A stretch of 41,051 nucleotides of DNA. Origin: a virus. Lineage: Duplodnaviria; Heunggongvirae; Uroviricota; Caudoviricetes. The stretch lies in the IMG/VR virus record IMGVR_UViG_2526164667_000035. One strand, written 5' to 3'. Of the stretch, positions 1 to 8,315 are shown in pieces. Both the position numbers and the translations under genes were made by a program. Positions within the stretch are counted from its first letter, which is position 1, and every line of letters starts with the position of its first letter. The notes beneath the pieces are model-generated. The model saw nothing but the letters and a program-made list of their open reading frames with translations. It searched no databases and was not told the origin of the DNA.

Positions 1-286
1 TGGGAAGCGTTGCCTGCGCTTTTATCCGGATTTACAGCAGGGAAAGCCTCCAGTGCGCAAGTCAATAAGGTTATTCGGCAGGCCAGCTTTATTGCTGCAG
101 CTCTGGCCCAGTTTGTAAGTGATAAAACGCAACGGGATGTGCTTGATAATGGTGATCTGCCCGGTTTTGTTGAATTGCTGGGATCGGGGTTTGCTGTTGA
201 ATACCTGAGCCGCAAGAATCCGTTTGGCGATATCAAATCGGATGGCACGGTGAAAACGGCTCTCGAAAACCTTGGTTTGGGAGAAG
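1..286. repeat. Right copy of a long inverted repeat; exact reverse complement of 1878..2163 (runs to the window edge, so true length may be greater)
   Basis: Direct comparison: bases 1..286 equal the reverse complement of 2163..1878 with no mismatch; identity ends at 287/1877. Confidence 0.9.
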
Positions 287-354
287 CCAGATATGTCATT
301 CAGCGAGAGCTAATGCCAATGGTGCGTGGATACGCTGGTCAGATGGTGCAATAG
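10..354 (+). CDS. Partial (5' truncated by window edge) duplicate of the tail-fibre N-terminal constant region carried in the inverted repeat, followed by a 22-codon unrelated tail; probably not an independent gene
   Basis: Translation is identical to residues ~32-119 of the 1387..2247 tail fibre up to GLGE, then diverges (ARYVIQ...) and stops after 22 codons. Confidence 0.45.
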   Translation: MPALLSGFTAGKASSAQVNKVIRQASFIAAALAQFVSDKTQRDVLDNGDLPGFVELLGSGFAVEYLSRKNPFGDIKSDGTVKTALENLGLGEARYVIQRELMPMVRGYAGQMVQ

Positions 355-614
355 AAGTCTTTGGAACGGGGGGTTCTAATGATAATGGACTGGCTAAAGT
401 CGTTTATCCAATTGCGCTACCTAAGCTTTCACGTTTTATCAGCATAGCGGAAAGAATAGGAACGGATTATGGGGGCACATCTAATAACGTTCACGTTTCA
501 ATGATCGTGGATGACCAGGTCACTAATACCGGTTTTTATGTCCGCTGCCAGATGTACGACGGAACACCATCAACAAGTGCTTTTTCCTGGAGGGTTTATT
601 GTGCGCCTGTTTAA
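201..614 (+). pseudogene. Cryptic alternative tail-fibre tip domain (Sv-prime-like), open in a frame offset by one base from the constant region; no ATG start
   Basis: Stop-free frame from 201 to TAA at 612-614 encodes ...[34 protein letters not shown]...QMYDGTPSTSAFSWRVYCAPV, a pattern typical of receptor-binding fibre tips; missing from the ORF track because it has no long M-initiated segment. Confidence 0.4.
260..285. other. Candidate 26-bp DNA-invertase crossover site (hix/gix/cix/pix-like), right copy
   Basis: ctctcgaaaacc-tt-ggtttgggagaa: two imperfect inverted 12-bp half-sites around a 2-bp core, resembling Hin/Gin-family sites as I recall them (half-site ending AAAACC). Sits at the inner end of the inverted repeat. 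Confidence 0.6.
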
Positions 615-798
615 TCCTGTTACTTTGACTGAAGTAATCCCCGGTCTTCATGACGTGACCGGGGCTGTTGAATTACCAGAAGATAACTGGTTTTTTACTG
701 CATCTGAAATCCCTGAAGGAATGGAAATATCTGTTAACGAGAAGGGAGAACCCATTCTGATTGAGATTAAACCGTCTCAGGAGGAACTGGCCAGATGA
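601..798 (+). CDS. Small putative alternative tail-fibre chaperone-like protein (U-prime position), 65 aa from a GTG start
   Basis: GGAGGG Shine-Dalgarno about 7 nt upstream of GTG at 601; convergent with the tfa gene and overlapping its 3' end by 32 bp, as at the centre of Mu G / P1 C segments. Short for a Tfa, so function is uncertain. Confidence 0.35.
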   Translation: MRLFNPVTLTEVIPGLHDVTGAVELPEDNWFFTASEIPEGMEISVNEKGEPILIEIKPSQEELAR

Positions 799-1372
799 CA
801 TCTGGCGCGGTGCTGGTATCTGTTGCCATCACCGCGTCAGTGTAATCCAGCACGGCGTTAAGTCGGGTGTTTTCTGCCTGCGTCAGCTTCCGTCCGGCCT
901 GTAATTTCAGTTGAATCAGACTGATGGAAGCCATTGCTGCATCAATCAGTGACTGGCGCTGTGCTTCTGCCGCTTCTACTGCGGCGCTATGCTGTGCCTC
1001 AGTATTCGTCCCCCATTTCTCACCATCCCATTTATCATATGGCGTTAACGGGGCGATAGTGGTTGTATTTTCAGGGTAATCACCCAGAGCTGTGATTTCT
1101 TTCGATTCTCCTGTTTCAGTGCTATAGATGATTTCACCGCGATGGTCTGGCACATATTCCCATGAGTTAAAATCTGCAGAACGGCAGATTGCATAACCAG
1201 CTTTATGTGTAACTGGTGCATCTAAACAAGAACATGCCGGGATGCCGACGCCAACCGCAAGATATTCAGTTGATGTGGAAAGATATTCCCGCGTCTTGCT
1301 GTCGTAGTTGTATATGACGACTTCACCCGCGACAGTCGCCAGTAGGGCCTCATTCAGTGTGACTGTATTCAT
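767..1372 (-). CDS. tfa: Tail fibre assembly protein (lambda Tfa / Mu U family)
   Basis: C-terminus ...DTSTAPDVIWPVPPETV matches the conserved Tfa C-terminal motif; immediately downstream of the tail fibre gene. Start moved to the internal ATG (MNTVTL...) preceded by GAGGA. Confidence 0.8.
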   Translation of the reverse strand: MNTVTLNEALLATVAGEVVIYNYDSKTREYLSTSTEYLAVGVGIPACSCLDAPVTHKAGYAICRSADFNSWEYVPDHRGEIIYSTETGESKEITALGDYPENTTTIAPLTPYDKWDGEKWGTNTEAQHSAAVEAAEAQRQSLIDAAMASISLIQLKLQAGRKLTQAENTRLNAVLDYTDAVMATDTSTAPDVIWPVPPETV

Positions 1373-1386
1373 GGTATCCTCGCGCA

Positions 1387-2247
1387 TTATGCCGCCCTCA
1401 CGATGTAGTTGAATGCAATATTACGAGGTCTGTTTTCTGTCGCTGTAGGAACAACTCTTGAGACATCCAAATTAGCGTAAATATGACGATCTGTCATAGA
1501 AACTGATGACTTACCAGTAGATTCAGCTTTTATCACAACGGAATCATACATTCCCTCATCATTCCCAAAAAATGCACCAGAGCCATTGCCAAAAAAATAC
1601 AGTGCTGATATTTCATGCCTTGCACCAATTGTCCCCGTGATATTTCTGATTGCATCTCCCTGAGAGTTCAATATAGTTCGGCCCGAATCAACCCCACGCC
1701 CGTCATCCCAGCCGCGAATAAATTCACCGCGTAAATCAGGCAATTTATTTGTCGGGTAAGCCTTTGCCAGTTCCGGGTATTCTTCAGCAGAAAAAGCCGC
1801 ACCATTGCATTTCAGCCAGCCTGTTGGCGGAGTGGCTGAAGGCCACGGAACAGGCACCCCAACAGGTAATGCTGAGCCTTCTCCCAAACCAAGGTTTTCG
1901 AGAGCCGTTTTCACCGTGCCATCCGATTTGATATCGCCAAACGGATTCTTGCGGCTCAGGTATTCAACAGCAAACCCCGATCCCAGCAATTCAACAAAAC
2001 CGGGCAGATCACCATTATCAAGCACATCCCGTTGCGTTTTATCACTTACAAACTGGGCCAGAGCTGCAGCAATAAAGCTGGCCTGCCGAATAACCTTATT
2101 GACTTGCGCACTGGAGGCTTTCCCTGCTGTAAATCCGGATAAAAGCGCAGGCAACGCTTCCCATTCCTCCTGCGACATAACATTGGCATTTTTACCCGTT
2201 GCGAATGCTTTAAAGTCATTTTTTGCCATCAGAGTAATACTCCCCAT
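1387..2247 (-). CDS. Tail fibre protein (constant N-terminal part within the inverted repeat, variable C-terminal tip 1387..1877)
   Basis: 286-aa ORF last in the baseplate operon; C-terminal region ([31 protein letters not shown]...) resembles phage tail-collar / fibre tip domains; followed by tfa. Confidence 0.8.
   Translation of the reverse strand: MGSITLMAKNDFKAFATGKNANVMSQEEWEALPALLSGFTAGKASSAQVNKVIRQASFIAAALAQFVSDKTQRDVLDNGDLPGFVELLGSGFAVEYLSRKNPFGDIKSDGTVKTALENLGLGEGSALPVGVPVPWPSATPPTGWLKCNGAAFSAEEYPELAKAYPTNKLPDLRGEFIRGWDDGRGVDSGRTILNSQGDAIRNITGTIGARHEISALYFFGNGSGAFFGNDEGMYDSVVIKAESTGKSSVSMTDRHIYANLDVSRVVPTATENRPRNIAFNYIVRAA
1878..2163. repeat. Left copy of the inverted repeat, inside the 5' part of the tail fibre gene
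   Basis: Perfect reverse-complement match to 1..286. Confidence 0.9.
1879..1904. other. Candidate DNA-invertase crossover site, left copy
   Basis: Reverse complement of the 260..285 site, located within the tail fibre coding sequence at the constant/variable junction (after GLGE). Confidence 0.6.
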
Positions 2248-2251
2248 GCCC

Positions 2252-2908
2252 CTACATCAAAACCACTGATGAATTCGTTATCCATATCAAAACCAAAAAT
2301 TTTGAACCTTCCGATGGGGTTTCCACCGAAGGTGTTTCAATGCCACCCGCCCACACCCCGGCGGCTTTTACTGTGAGATATCCCTGTTTAATTGCAGCAA
2401 TTAACTCACGCGATACATCTGAAATATCAGTATCAGGAAAGACCCAGACCGATATCGTCATGTCCTGGTTATCGACTATCTGCATTCGCAGCCTGGATCC
2501 TGCTGTTGCCGCGTCAAGAATTACCGGAAGCGAATCATTCCGTCCGTCCCAGTTATTAATCGCAATCTTCGCTTTAAGAATGACACGATAAGTTTCATCG
2601 CTGAGATACATGTATCCAGAATCAGGATCATATGGCCCCTGCCATACACCCTGATCATATCCAAGCCCGTCGGTATCCCAGCTGAAATAGACACCTGAAA
2701 TAGGCTGGCTGACAACACGGCTACGTCCGATCCACAATCCCAGAATGTCAAGTTGCACACCAACCGCAGAGTCAATATCAAATGCAGTAATCAGCCCTCT
2801 GGTGGCCGCCGCAACATCAATAAGCGGCCGGGTCATCAGATCAACATGTGCAAGAAATTTAGGTTTGGTGGCGTGGTAGTTCGTGATTAGTTCGGTGTAT
2901 TTGCTCAT
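2252..2908 (-). CDS. Baseplate/tail protein, Mu gp48 / YmfQ (DUF2313)-like
   Basis: 218-aa ORF between the baseplate J-like gene and the tail fibre, the position of Mu gp48; tight packing with neighbours. Confidence 0.55.
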   Translation of the reverse strand: MSKYTELITNYHATKPKFLAHVDLMTRPLIDVAAATRGLITAFDIDSAVGVQLDILGLWIGRSRVVSQPISGVYFSWDTDGLGYDQGVWQGPYDPDSGYMYLSDETYRVILKAKIAINNWDGRNDSLPVILDAATAGSRLRMQIVDNQDMTISVWVFPDTDISDVSRELIAAIKQGYLTVKAAGVWAGGIETPSVETPSEGSKFLVLIWITNSSVVLM

Positions 2909-4104
2909 GACTCCACCGTTATAACGATATTTTCCGGGGTACAGGACGCAGATTCGTTATATCTGATATCAATGTTTGATGATGACAAAGCCCCCGGGGA
3001 TTTCCCAATCGTCAGTTCCTGAATATCGTAATAGCGTGCATTCCCGCCACTCACCACGCCAAGATTCGCCGGTGAGTAAATGCGACTTAAAAGGACCGAA
3101 TCACCAATCATCAGACTATTGATATAGTCGGAAATAGCCTGCTGGATCTGCTGCCCTATCTGTGAGGTATAACCCGTAAAAACTTTTAATTTAATCCGGG
3201 CATAAACAGGCACATCACTGGAACGCGAGAATTTGATTACATGGGGATTGCCGTATTTATCCGGAACCGTAACGGATGTTGTACCGTGAGTGGCTGTCCC
3301 CTGGCCTTTATTTCCTCTGATAGCCTGAGCAATATCCGTTACATCACCGCCATCCACAATTACAGCAACAGAGTGTGGCGGTAACCCGTTACCGTCCTCC
3401 GAACCAGTATCGTTTTCATAGAGTTTGTGGCGGGTTACACCGGTAACATTAGAAACAGCACCATCCAGTGCTTCAAATGGGGTTATTGATGGCAACGCAA
3501 CACTTTGCGACTGGCGGATACGTAACTCAGCGTCAGTTTCTGCCGGAGTGCCCACAGTAGCCGCAGCAGGATTAGTTACCGAAACCCAGCCACGGGTTGG
3601 CGTATTAATTTCAGTGATAGTTCCAGCCAGCGCCGCCACTGCACCTCTGACGGAACATTTTGCGGTCACCATCACTGTACCATCCACGCCGACCACCACT
3701 GAAGCAGGCAAACGCCATATCACATTATTACTGTCTTTCACGCTGCCATTAATGATGGTTGTTCCGGCAGTTCCTGTAAGAAGCAAATCAACCGTAGAAT
3801 TCGTCGCGCCTTTACGTGAAATACCATTTATTTTCACGTTACTGGTCAATGCAGCCCCATAGCCGGTTGCCGGTGAAAAACAGTTGTAGACAGTTATCGC
3901 CATATTATTGGCATCATGAATCGCCAGCGCCATCAGAGCCACCATCTGGCCGTCTTTGCTGTCCGGTTCGAGGTAGGCATCACTGCCATAAATCTGCTGA
4001 AAATAGCTAATCAGGGTGCTGAGTATCGTCTGATAATCAGGCGCACTGATCCCCTCCGCGGTTACCTTTGCAGATAAACCGAGAGAATCAAGGTTCAGAG
4101 CCAT
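2905..4104 (-). CDS. Baseplate J-like protein (Mu gp47 / P2 J family)
   Basis: 399-aa ORF, 4-bp overlap with downstream gene, conserved position upstream of the fibre genes. Confidence 0.7.
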   Translation of the reverse strand: MALNLDSLGLSAKVTAEGISAPDYQTILSTLISYFQQIYGSDAYLEPDSKDGQMVALMALAIHDANNMAITVYNCFSPATGYGAALTSNVKINGISRKGATNSTVDLLLTGTAGTTIINGSVKDSNNVIWRLPASVVVGVDGTVMVTAKCSVRGAVAALAGTITEINTPTRGWVSVTNPAAATVGTPAETDAELRIRQSQSVALPSITPFEALDGAVSNVTGVTRHKLYENDTGSEDGNGLPPHSVAVIVDGGDVTDIAQAIRGNKGQGTATHGTTSVTVPDKYGNPHVIKFSRSSDVPVYARIKLKVFTGYTSQIGQQIQQAISDYINSLMIGDSVLLSRIYSPANLGVVSGGNARYYDIQELTIGKSPGALSSSNIDIRYNESASCTPENIVITVES

Positions 4105-4457
4105 TACGCCTCCGATGTAACAGTCGTTATTCCATAGAGAGTGTCGATTTCAGCGGAAAACATGACACGTCGGGTCGTGGTATCCACCGTCGTATTGAAA
4201 GAGAGGATTGATTTAACGCCCCGCGTTTCGAGGATGCGCTTACGGATCGCCAGGTTGTAGGTTTCCGGCTTCTGCTTACCGAGTACGGACTGGATCCACG
4301 GAGTCCCCTCGGTGGTGTCGAGAAACCATTGCCCATACCACAATTCGAATCGCGTTTTTACCGCCTGCGCCACGGCCTCCGGCGAGTTAATCAGCCAGGT
4401 GTCATCACCGCTGCCAAAGGTGTAATCGCCATCGGCGTCTTCACGTCTGTATCGCAT
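4104..4457 (-). CDS. Baseplate wedge protein (gp25 / GPW-like, Mu gp46 position)
   Basis: 117-aa ORF between spike-like and J-like genes; start overlaps upstream stop (ATGA). Confidence 0.55.
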   Translation of the reverse strand: MRYRREDADGDYTFGSGDDTWLINSPEAVAQAVKTRFELWYGQWFLDTTEGTPWIQSVLGKQKPETYNLAIRKRILETRGVKSILSFNTTVDTTTRRVMFSAEIDTLYGITTVTSEA

Positions 4458-5209
4458 CAGTTTACCCCATCGGTATTGCTTCCACCGCGCTGAACACCGC
4501 CATGAGTGTGCGTATCATCGATTGGCTTGCCGTTAGCCTTCACGCTACCCAAAAACTCAACAGCACCAGTGATTTTTGAAGCCACACCAGAAACAACAGA
4601 CCCCACCATGCCACCCATCCAGGTTAACAGGCCATGAATGGTTACTTTCTCAGAAAAATCAGCCAGGGGGGCAACCACATCAAGCCCCCCCGGAGCGACA
4701 ATTTTAATTTTCCTGGTATCAGGATTAAGCTCAAAATAGGTGCTGCCGTCGTCACTACGCAACTGTGTGGCACTGGTATTAATACCGCTAATCTTCCTAG
4801 CCTGCGACTGGGGACCGACAATACAAAACGCATCCGATAAATCATGCATTCTGTCATCAACAGGCTCCTGTATCCCGCCGCTCTGCCACCAGAAATCAAT
4901 ACAACGATCGGCAAAAACGACAAGACACTCATCCCCGGCTTTTACCGGAAAAGTCAACGTACAGCCTCCGCCGCGCGGGAATACCACTGGCACATCCGCC
5001 AGCAATGGGTAATTTTTGGTAATGCGGTTACCGTAGTTATCCTTTTCAACCGAACGGATAGCTGGCTGCACAACCGCCGTCACCGCGTCAGGAGCGAATG
5101 ACTGAATAATGCCAGGCAAGGCGACGCGGATCTGGTTCTTTGTTGTTTCCCGCTCGGACTTGAATGTTTCGGCAAGGTCACCGCTACGAGTCTGGTCTGA
5201 TATGGCCAT
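4457..5209 (-). CDS. Baseplate spike / assembly protein V-like (Mu gp45 position)
   Basis: Start placed at internal ATG (MAISDQ...) with AGGAG about 7 nt upstream; the longer ORF start would overlap the terminator hairpin. Confidence 0.6.
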   Translation of the reverse strand: MAISDQTRSGDLAETFKSERETTKNQIRVALPGIIQSFAPDAVTAVVQPAIRSVEKDNYGNRITKNYPLLADVPVVFPRGGGCTLTFPVKAGDECLVVFADRCIDFWWQSGGIQEPVDDRMHDLSDAFCIVGPQSQARKISGINTSATQLRSDDGSTYFELNPDTRKIKIVAPGGLDVVAPLADFSEKVTIHGLLTWMGGMVGSVVSGVASKITGAVEFLGSVKANGKPIDDTHTHGGVQRGGSNTDGVN

Positions 5210-5225
5210 TTGATAAACTCCTGAA

Positions 5226-5250
5226 AACAAAAAACCCGCCAAGTGGCGGG
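5226..5250 (-). terminator. Rho-independent terminator closing the AT-rich island
   Basis: On the - strand: CCCGCCACUUGGCGGG hairpin (6-bp GC stem, 4-nt loop) followed by UUUUUUGUUUU. Confidence 0.6.
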
Positions 5251-5271
5251 TCTACAGGAACAACTCTAAGT

Positions 5272-5442
5272 TTATTTTTTCTGTTTAAAATTGTCCAACT
5301 CAGGTTCTTTAACGCTTTCTGTCATGTAATCCAATCCATCAAAAGGTACTTCAAGCATTATACTGCTTTCATAATCAGCCATGGATTGCTCTGCTTGCGT
5401 TGGCTTACTTTGCTGTGAGTTGTCATTATTTGATGTTGTCAT
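5272..5442 (-). CDS. Small acidic hypothetical protein (56 aa), last gene of the AT-rich island
   Basis: ATG..TAA ORF below the ORF-track size cutoff (MTTSNNDNSQQSKPTQAEQSMADYESSIMLEVPFDGLDYMTESVKEPELDNFKQKK); 3 nt downstream of the preceding stop; weak SD. Confidence 0.35.
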   Translation of the reverse strand: MTTSNNDNSQQSKPTQAEQSMADYESSIMLEVPFDGLDYMTESVKEPELDNFKQKK

Positions 5443-5445
5443 CAA

Positions 5446-6001
5446 CTATGCCTTATTTATCAAAAGAAAAGTAACCGATAATATGAAAAAACCGAAAGAT
5501 AACGCAATTCCTTCAAAAAGATAACGAGCATAAACTGCCTTTTCTTTATGAAGACTTTCGATCAATTCAACAGCTTTACCATACTGAAACATATGGTATC
5601 TAAGCGTTTTAATTTTATCACCGTAAAGTAAAAAATCATGCTCTTCTTTTCGCTTATGAGTAGGCATTTTTGGTATATCTTTCAGTCCCCAAGTACGCCA
5701 TAGGAAAAAAAAAGCACATAACAATACAAACAAAGCACAGATATGCACAAAGTATAGATAATGTTAAAAACCAATTACTCTTTAGCCCACTTTTGAAATC
5801 AACAGTCCCAAATACAGCCAGTAGAGCAGAGGTTTCTACAGCTAAAATAGCAAGAAGGTAGTTAACTTTGTCCTCAAGACGACGATATGTTGATTTTGCT
5901 TCCTCATATCTATCTTTATAATATGACGAAATAAAATCAGCGCCTATAGTCTCAATTGCCTTTTGTTCTTCTGTTGTATCTATTGGCGAACGCTTGCTCA
6001 T
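5446..6001 (-). CDS. Hypothetical multi-pass membrane protein, split into two overlapping frames at a T9 homopolymer (frameshifted pseudogene or phase-variable gene)
   Basis: ORFs 5654..6001 and 5446..5748 overlap by 95 nt; both are hydrophobic across the overlap; a run of 9 T (- strand) at 5705..5713 sits at the junction; loss of one T would fuse them into about 184 aa. About 33% GC. Confidence 0.45.
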
Positions 6002-6008
6002 TTCTTAA

Positions 6009-6356
6009 TCAACCAACAACTTTCTTACACGGGAAAGAGCCAATAATTTTCGGAGCATCCATGCTGTTCTGCAACAACTGGACGTTCAGGAAACGCGTTT
6101 TAGTGCCCGGTCGATGGATATACTCGAACCCATAATTGTTGCCATCTTTGGCAGGCATCAGCTCCATTTTGATCTGCATGCCTGTACCGTCTTTACCCAA
6201 CATTTTTACTTTTTGGGACGTTACTGTTTCGCCATTGATTTTAAATAATGAGTCAGGGATCGCATCCATACGAAAGTTGCCGCATTGCATCGTTATGGTG
6301 TTTGCACTTACACCAACAGACACTAACGCCAGCAATGAAAATATCCATCGTTTCAT
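6009..6356 (-). CDS. Secreted/periplasmic hypothetical protein with Sec-type signal peptide (115 aa)
   Basis: Start at internal ATG (MKRWIFSLLALVSVGVSA-NT...) with GGAGAGG upstream; classic n-h-c signal peptide with AxA-like cleavage site; two Cys in mature part; lower GC than flanking tail genes. Confidence 0.55.
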   Translation of the reverse strand: MKRWIFSLLALVSVGVSANTITMQCGNFRMDAIPDSLFKINGETVTSQKVKMLGKDGTGMQIKMELMPAKDGNNYGFEYIHRPGTKTRFLNVQLLQNSMDAPKIIGSFPCKKVVG

Positions 6357-6358
6357 TT

Positions 6359-7423
6359 CTATAATCCTCTCCGCAAAGCAGTGCTGGATGGCATATCCTG
6401 CGCACCGCGCGCTTCGCACATCATATCCATGTACCACGCCTGGCCCCTTGTGTCGCCAGTGTACATAATCCCGCGCACAATATAAACGCCATCCGTTGCG
6501 ATGCTGGCAGGCTGCGCGGTGGTACCGCTGAGCGTGATATTTCCGTCCGTGTTCTGGTCGGTGATCTGCCCGCCGGCCATCGCGATATCGTTGTTCGACA
6601 GCGCGGTGCGGAATACTGAAGCCTGATCCAGCTGAATGAGCCCGTTAACCCGGATGTTCGGGTTAATCAGCGCGCGGACGTTTACGCCGTTGCCGATAGT
6701 CTGCTGTGGCATACCGATAAGCCCCGTGGCACTGTTGAGCACAATCGCGTCGTGAACATATTCGTTATTCGCTACCATCTGGCGCTGACCATCCACAAAC
6801 TGCCATGTTGCGCCACATTGTCCGGCCACGTTATCCATAAGATGACGTGTCATGCCGAATAGCACCTGGCCCCGGGGGAAAACGGTAGCAGGCATTTCAG
6901 GCGTCAGACCTTCAGTCGCGCCTTTGGCCTCGAAGTCTTTCATCAGCGCGCGATTCACGTCTGCGACCGTATAACCGGCCGCCAGCGTCTGCGAAGTTAT
7001 GCTGGTGGCAAAAGCCAGATCAGTATCTGCTGCCTGAATCAGGACGTAGGAATCAACCGGACTGTCTTTTCCTGTGACCGAGTAGCGAATTTCACCGCTG
7101 AAAATTAGTCCGTAGTTGCGGCCATCACTCTGGCCCACGTCCGCCGCGTCAACTTCCCGCACAGTCCCGACGTCGCTTGCCGACACCTCCGGCGCGATAC
7201 CGTCGTAACCCGCAATCAGACGCACTTTCGAAAATTCCTGCCCGGTGATTCGGTTCACAGTATCTGCCGAGAGGTTATAAATTTTGATAGTCCCTACCCG
7301 GGACGCACTGCTGATGTTGAACCAGTCGATCGTAAAGGTGACTTTAAAATCACTTAGCTCAATTCCCTGACCGTTCCCGTCCACAAGCTGCAGCTCGAAA
7401 TGTCTCATCCAGTTCTGTGACAT
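6359..7423 (-). CDS. Baseplate hub-like protein (Mu gp44 / P2 D-like position)
   Basis: 354-aa ORF downstream of tape measure and two small tail genes; assignment by size and synteny only. Confidence 0.5.
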   Translation of the reverse strand: MSQNWMRHFELQLVDGNGQGIELSDFKVTFTIDWFNISSASRVGTIKIYNLSADTVNRITGQEFSKVRLIAGYDGIAPEVSASDVGTVREVDAADVGQSDGRNYGLIFSGEIRYSVTGKDSPVDSYVLIQAADTDLAFATSITSQTLAAGYTVADVNRALMKDFEAKGATEGLTPEMPATVFPRGQVLFGMTRHLMDNVAGQCGATWQFVDGQRQMVANNEYVHDAIVLNSATGLIGMPQQTIGNGVNVRALINPNIRVNGLIQLDQASVFRTALSNNDIAMAGGQITDQNTDGNITLSGTTAQPASIATDGVYIVRGIMYTGDTRGQAWYMDMMCEARGAQDMPSSTALRRGL

Positions 7424-7425
7424 GC

Positions 7426-7728
7426 TTACTCCGTTGATACCAGTAAATGGCTGCGACTGCCCAGGTCAGTTTTCGTGGGATAATCCTGTGTGTTGTCATC
7501 GCAGACCACCAACAGCTTAAAACCAAGCCCCATACAGGCGTACTGCGCCAGCAGATCAGCGCCAGTGACGAGAGGAATACCGGAGATTACTGGCTCCCCT
7601 CTGTCATTCTGCAGGTCCATAATCCAGTACAGATCGCGCCATATGATGCTAATCCGCCAGGTGACACCGCCCAGGACGATGCTGAACTGCTGGTTGTCCG
7701 CTGTCAGCGGAATTTCCTGAATTGTCAT
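7426..7728 (-). CDS. Hypothetical tail protein
   Basis: 100-aa ORF tightly packed in the tail operon. Confidence 0.4.
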   Translation of the reverse strand: MTIQEIPLTADNQQFSIVLGGVTWRISIIWRDLYWIMDLQNDRGEPVISGIPLVTGADLLAQYACMGLGFKLLVVCDDNTQDYPTKTDLGSRSHLLVSTE

Positions 7729-8315
7729 TAGCCGCCTCCCAGTAATGACGCCACGTTACCCGTAATGCTTTTCAGCAGTGAAGTATCTGGAGGCTTTGTG
7801 GTTTTGTTGCCGCTATTCTGTACCGCCGACGTGCTGGCCCCTTCCTTCATGTTGGTTTTATCCGCGACGGTAATCTGCTGTGTCCGGGAGATAAGGACCT
7901 CCCTCAGGGTAAGGACGGCGGACAGGACATTTTCGGTTGTCTTGTCCGTCGTCACTTCCAGCGCCCGGATCAACATGTTGCTGTACAGCCGTTTACCGGT
8001 TACCACATCGAAGGGGATACGGCTTTCCTGCAGATCCAGTAGCTCCTGATACGTCTGCTGAGGACTCAGGCCGAGCAGGCTGGTAGCCGTCAGGTTACTG
8101 GCAAAATCCAGCAATGTGCCGCCACCGGCGAAACCAACCTCCATCACCACTTCTGACGGTTTTTTATAGGCATGATCAGCGACAGCAGCCCCGACCTCTA
8201 CCGGATGCTCGGTTATTTCAAGCATATCTGTATGCTTCTCTGAAATAACAACACTGGGAACAATCATTCCTATTTTTCTGCTCTGCTGATGAAAAAGTGT
8301 AGAGAGAATATCCAC
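7728..8315 (-). CDS. Hypothetical tail protein (position of Mu DNA-circulation / P2 U-like protein)
   Basis: 195-aa ORF immediately after tape measure; start overlaps upstream stop. Confidence 0.4.
   Translation of the reverse strand: MDILSTLFHQQSRKIGMIVPSVVISEKHTDMLEITEHPVEVGAAVADHAYKKPSEVVMEVGFAGGGTLLDFASNLTATSLLGLSPQQTYQELLDLQESRIPFDVVTGKRLYSNMLIRALEVTTDKTTENVLSAVLTLREVLISRTQQITVADKTNMKEGASTSAVQNSGNKTTKPPDTSLLKSITGNVASLLGGG

Noticed and set aside
1805-2269. ORF-track entries antisense to or nested within the tail fibre gene (1749..1931 +, 1805..2269 +, and similarly 2340..2591 +, 2521..2781 -)
   Set aside because: They lie opposite a gene with strong contextual and motif support, have no ribosome-binding sites, and have low-complexity translations; GC-rich coding DNA routinely produces such antisense ORFs.
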